Positions 62,590-64,000 of a DNA stretch of 64,000 nucleotides are shown here, piece after piece. Source of the stretch: Candidatus Eiseniibacteriota bacterium (GTDB lineage Bacteria; Eisenbacteria; RBG-16-71-46; JACRLI01). How positions within the stretch are numbered: the first letter of the stretch is position 1; every line of letters starts with the position of its first letter. Below the pieces are notes generated by a model. The model ran no database searches. It worked only from the letters and a program-made list of their open reading frames with translations, and was not told the origin of the DNA. Location: contig JANXVU010000147.1 of assembly GCA_025351485.1 (NCBI GenBank), positions 6,067 to 70,066 on the forward strand, written 5' to 3'. The position numbers and the translations under genes were made by a program.

Positions 62590-64000
62590 TGCGCGCGCGA
62601 CTCCTTTCCCTGCTGCTCCTGTCCGGAATGGCTCTGCCGTCGGCGGCGCGAGCCCAGGACCCCGCGCGCCAGAACTACGTCCGGCCGCAGGTGGTGGCGG
62701 TGGGCGGCACCGACTCGATCGGGCTCTACGGCACGAAGACCACCTCGAACAACCTGATCAACCTGACCATATCCAACTCCGGCGGCTGGGGCGTGGGCTT
62801 CACCAGCGCGTCCATCCCGAACATGACTTATCCCGCGGGCCTGCCCTACGAGCACATGGTGCGCGGCGGCCTCTGGATCGGGGCCAAGGTGCTGTGCCCG
62901 GACTGCGACACCTCCGCGCACGGACAGCGGATCGCGGTCTCATTCGGATCCCAGGACGAGGACGGTGGGCAGTCCACCCCGCTCACCGAGTACACTCCGC
63001 TCCCGAACACCGCCTCCAACCGTATCTCCGAGCGCAGCAATCTGGCCAACAGCCCGTTCTTTTCCAAGTTCGCGGTTTCGGAGCAGGACCTGGTGGCGCG
63101 CTTCCGCGACACTCCCGGCAACCGGGTGGGCTCGGAGCCGCACGTGCCACTCAACGTGGAAGTGACCGAGTCCATGTACAGCTGGTCGTTCAGTTTTGCC
63201 GAGAGCTTCGTGATCCAGCACCTGGTGATCAAGAACACCGGCGACCTGCTGCGGGACGTGTACGTGACCCACTACACGGAAATGCAGAGTCTGAACAAGG
63301 CCATCTACGCCAATTACCCGGCCTCCCCGCTGCGTCCGAGCCCCTACAGCAAGAAGAAGTTGACCTACTTTCCGGAGCTGCGGCTGATCGCGGAGAACTA
63401 CTGCGAGTCGCCGCAGAACTGCCACCTGGAGAGGGTGCCGGCCTACGCCGGGGTGATGATCCTGGGGACTCACCCGGACACGGTCGTCAACCTGAACCCC
63501 AAGATCCTGACCCACAAGTACGCGGGCACCGGGCTGGATGAAGGCACGCCCTACGCGCGCGTGGACGATTCGGAGAAGTACGCTTTCCAGCAGTTACCCG
63601 GCGATATCGAGGCCCAGAGCCCCGGGTCCAGCGACCCTTCCCAATGGTTGACGGTGGGACCGATTCCCTCCATCAACCGCGGCGACTCCGTGGTGGTGGA
63701 CTTCGCGTTTGTGGGCGGCATGAGCCCGGAAGAAATCAAGACCACTGCCCGCCACGCGCAACTGGCTTTCGACCTGAACTACAAGCTGCCCACCCCGCCG
63801 CCGTCGCCGCGCATGTACGCGCGCCCGGTGGAACAGGGCGTGGAACTGCTGTGGGAAGGCTCGCCGGACACCACCTTCGACTCCACGGGGCCCGACGGCG
63901 CCCAGCGCGACTTCGAGGGCTACCGGATCTACCTGGGCCCGAACCAGACCAGCCTGAAGTTGATTGCCGCCTTTGACCGGAAGGACACCACCGGGTTCAA
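62586..64000 (+). CDS. secreted hypothetical protein (partial; continues past the window end)
   Basis: ATG overlaps the upstream stop (ATGA). Signal peptide MMRARLLSLLLLSGMALPSAARA|QD. Open frame to 64000 with no stop. No recognised domain. Confidence 0.5.
   Translation, partial: MMRARLLSLLLLSGMALPSAARAQDPARQNYVRPQVVAVGGTDSIGLYGTKTTSNNLINLTISNSGGWGVGFTSASIPNMTYPAGLPYEHMVRGGLWIGAKVLCPDCDTSAHGQRIAVSFGSQDEDGGQSTPLTEYTPLPNTASNRISERSNLANSPFFSKFAVSEQDLVARFRDTPGNRVGSEPHVPLNVEVTESMYSWSFSFAESFVIQHLVIKNTGDLLRDVYVTHYTEMQSLNKAIYANYPASPLRPSPYSKKKLTYFPELRLIAENYCESPQNCHLERVPAYAGVMILGTHPDTVVNLNPKILTHKYAGTGLDEGTPYARVDDSEKYAFQQLPGDIEAQSPGSSDPSQWLTVGPIPSINRGDSVVVDFAFVGGMSPEEIKTTARHAQLAFDLNYKLPTPPPSPRMYARPVEQGVELLWEGSPDTTFDSTGPDGAQRDFEGYRIYLGPNQTSLKLIAAFDRKDTTGF

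Noticed and set aside
1-64000. CRISPR arrays, rRNA, tRNA, IS elements
   Set aside because: No regularly spaced direct repeats, no transposase/integrase-like ORFs and no rRNA/tRNA signatures were seen in any intergenic region.

Overview
This is a high-GC (roughly 65-70%), gene-dense bacterial chromosomal segment. A secretin, a TonB-dependent receptor and a PorV-like barrel point to a Gram-negative (diderm) organism; the PorV-like and SusC-like outer-membrane genes hint at an FCB-group or Gemmatimonadota-like lineage, which is a weak inference. I could support about 59 protein-coding genes; most long ORFs in the six-frame track are antisense GC artefacts. Real gene starts were refined by hand, and several use GTG or TTG and overlap the upstream stop by 1-4 nt. 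From left to right the window contains: ino1 (truncated at the window edge) with a CDP-alcohol phosphatidyltransferase and rsmI; a YugP-like Zn peptidase; HU; a sensor kinase / sigma-54 activator / YbbR / zinc-ribbon operon; an ArsR-SRPBCC regulator; a DUF2064-SDR pair; an arginase, Zn-ribbon-TPR and HMA-like secreted-protein operon; murB; a soluble MgtE-N/CBS protein with a polysaccharide deacetylase and an acyl-CoA ligase; a complete type IV pilus block (pilB, pilC, pilin, a GT-C-like DUF2723/TPR protein, fused pilMN, pilO, pilP, pilQ, a CheY-like receiver); an MFS exporter; an aminotransferase / fumarylacetoacetase / unknown cluster; a ferrochelatase-like gene; a CaCA antiporter; a heme biosynthesis supercluster (hemN, hemE, hemL, hemB, hemD, hemC, hemA, a ccsA-like gene); a ThrE-family exporter; mntR-mntH; and an outer-membrane/secreted cluster with tandem Ig-like/NHL lipoproteins, a CarbopepD_reg TonB-dependent receptor and a PorV-like barrel. 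The most unusual signal is a dispersed bacterial-microcompartment signature: an orphan BMC-P (EutN/CcmL) vertex protein coupled to a deoxynucleoside kinase, and about 4 kb away an RpiB-DERA operon in which both enzymes carry N-terminal amphipathic-helix-plus-linker extensions typical of encapsulation peptides. No shell hexamer gene is present in the window. I found no rRNA, tRNA, CRISPR array or obvious mobile element.
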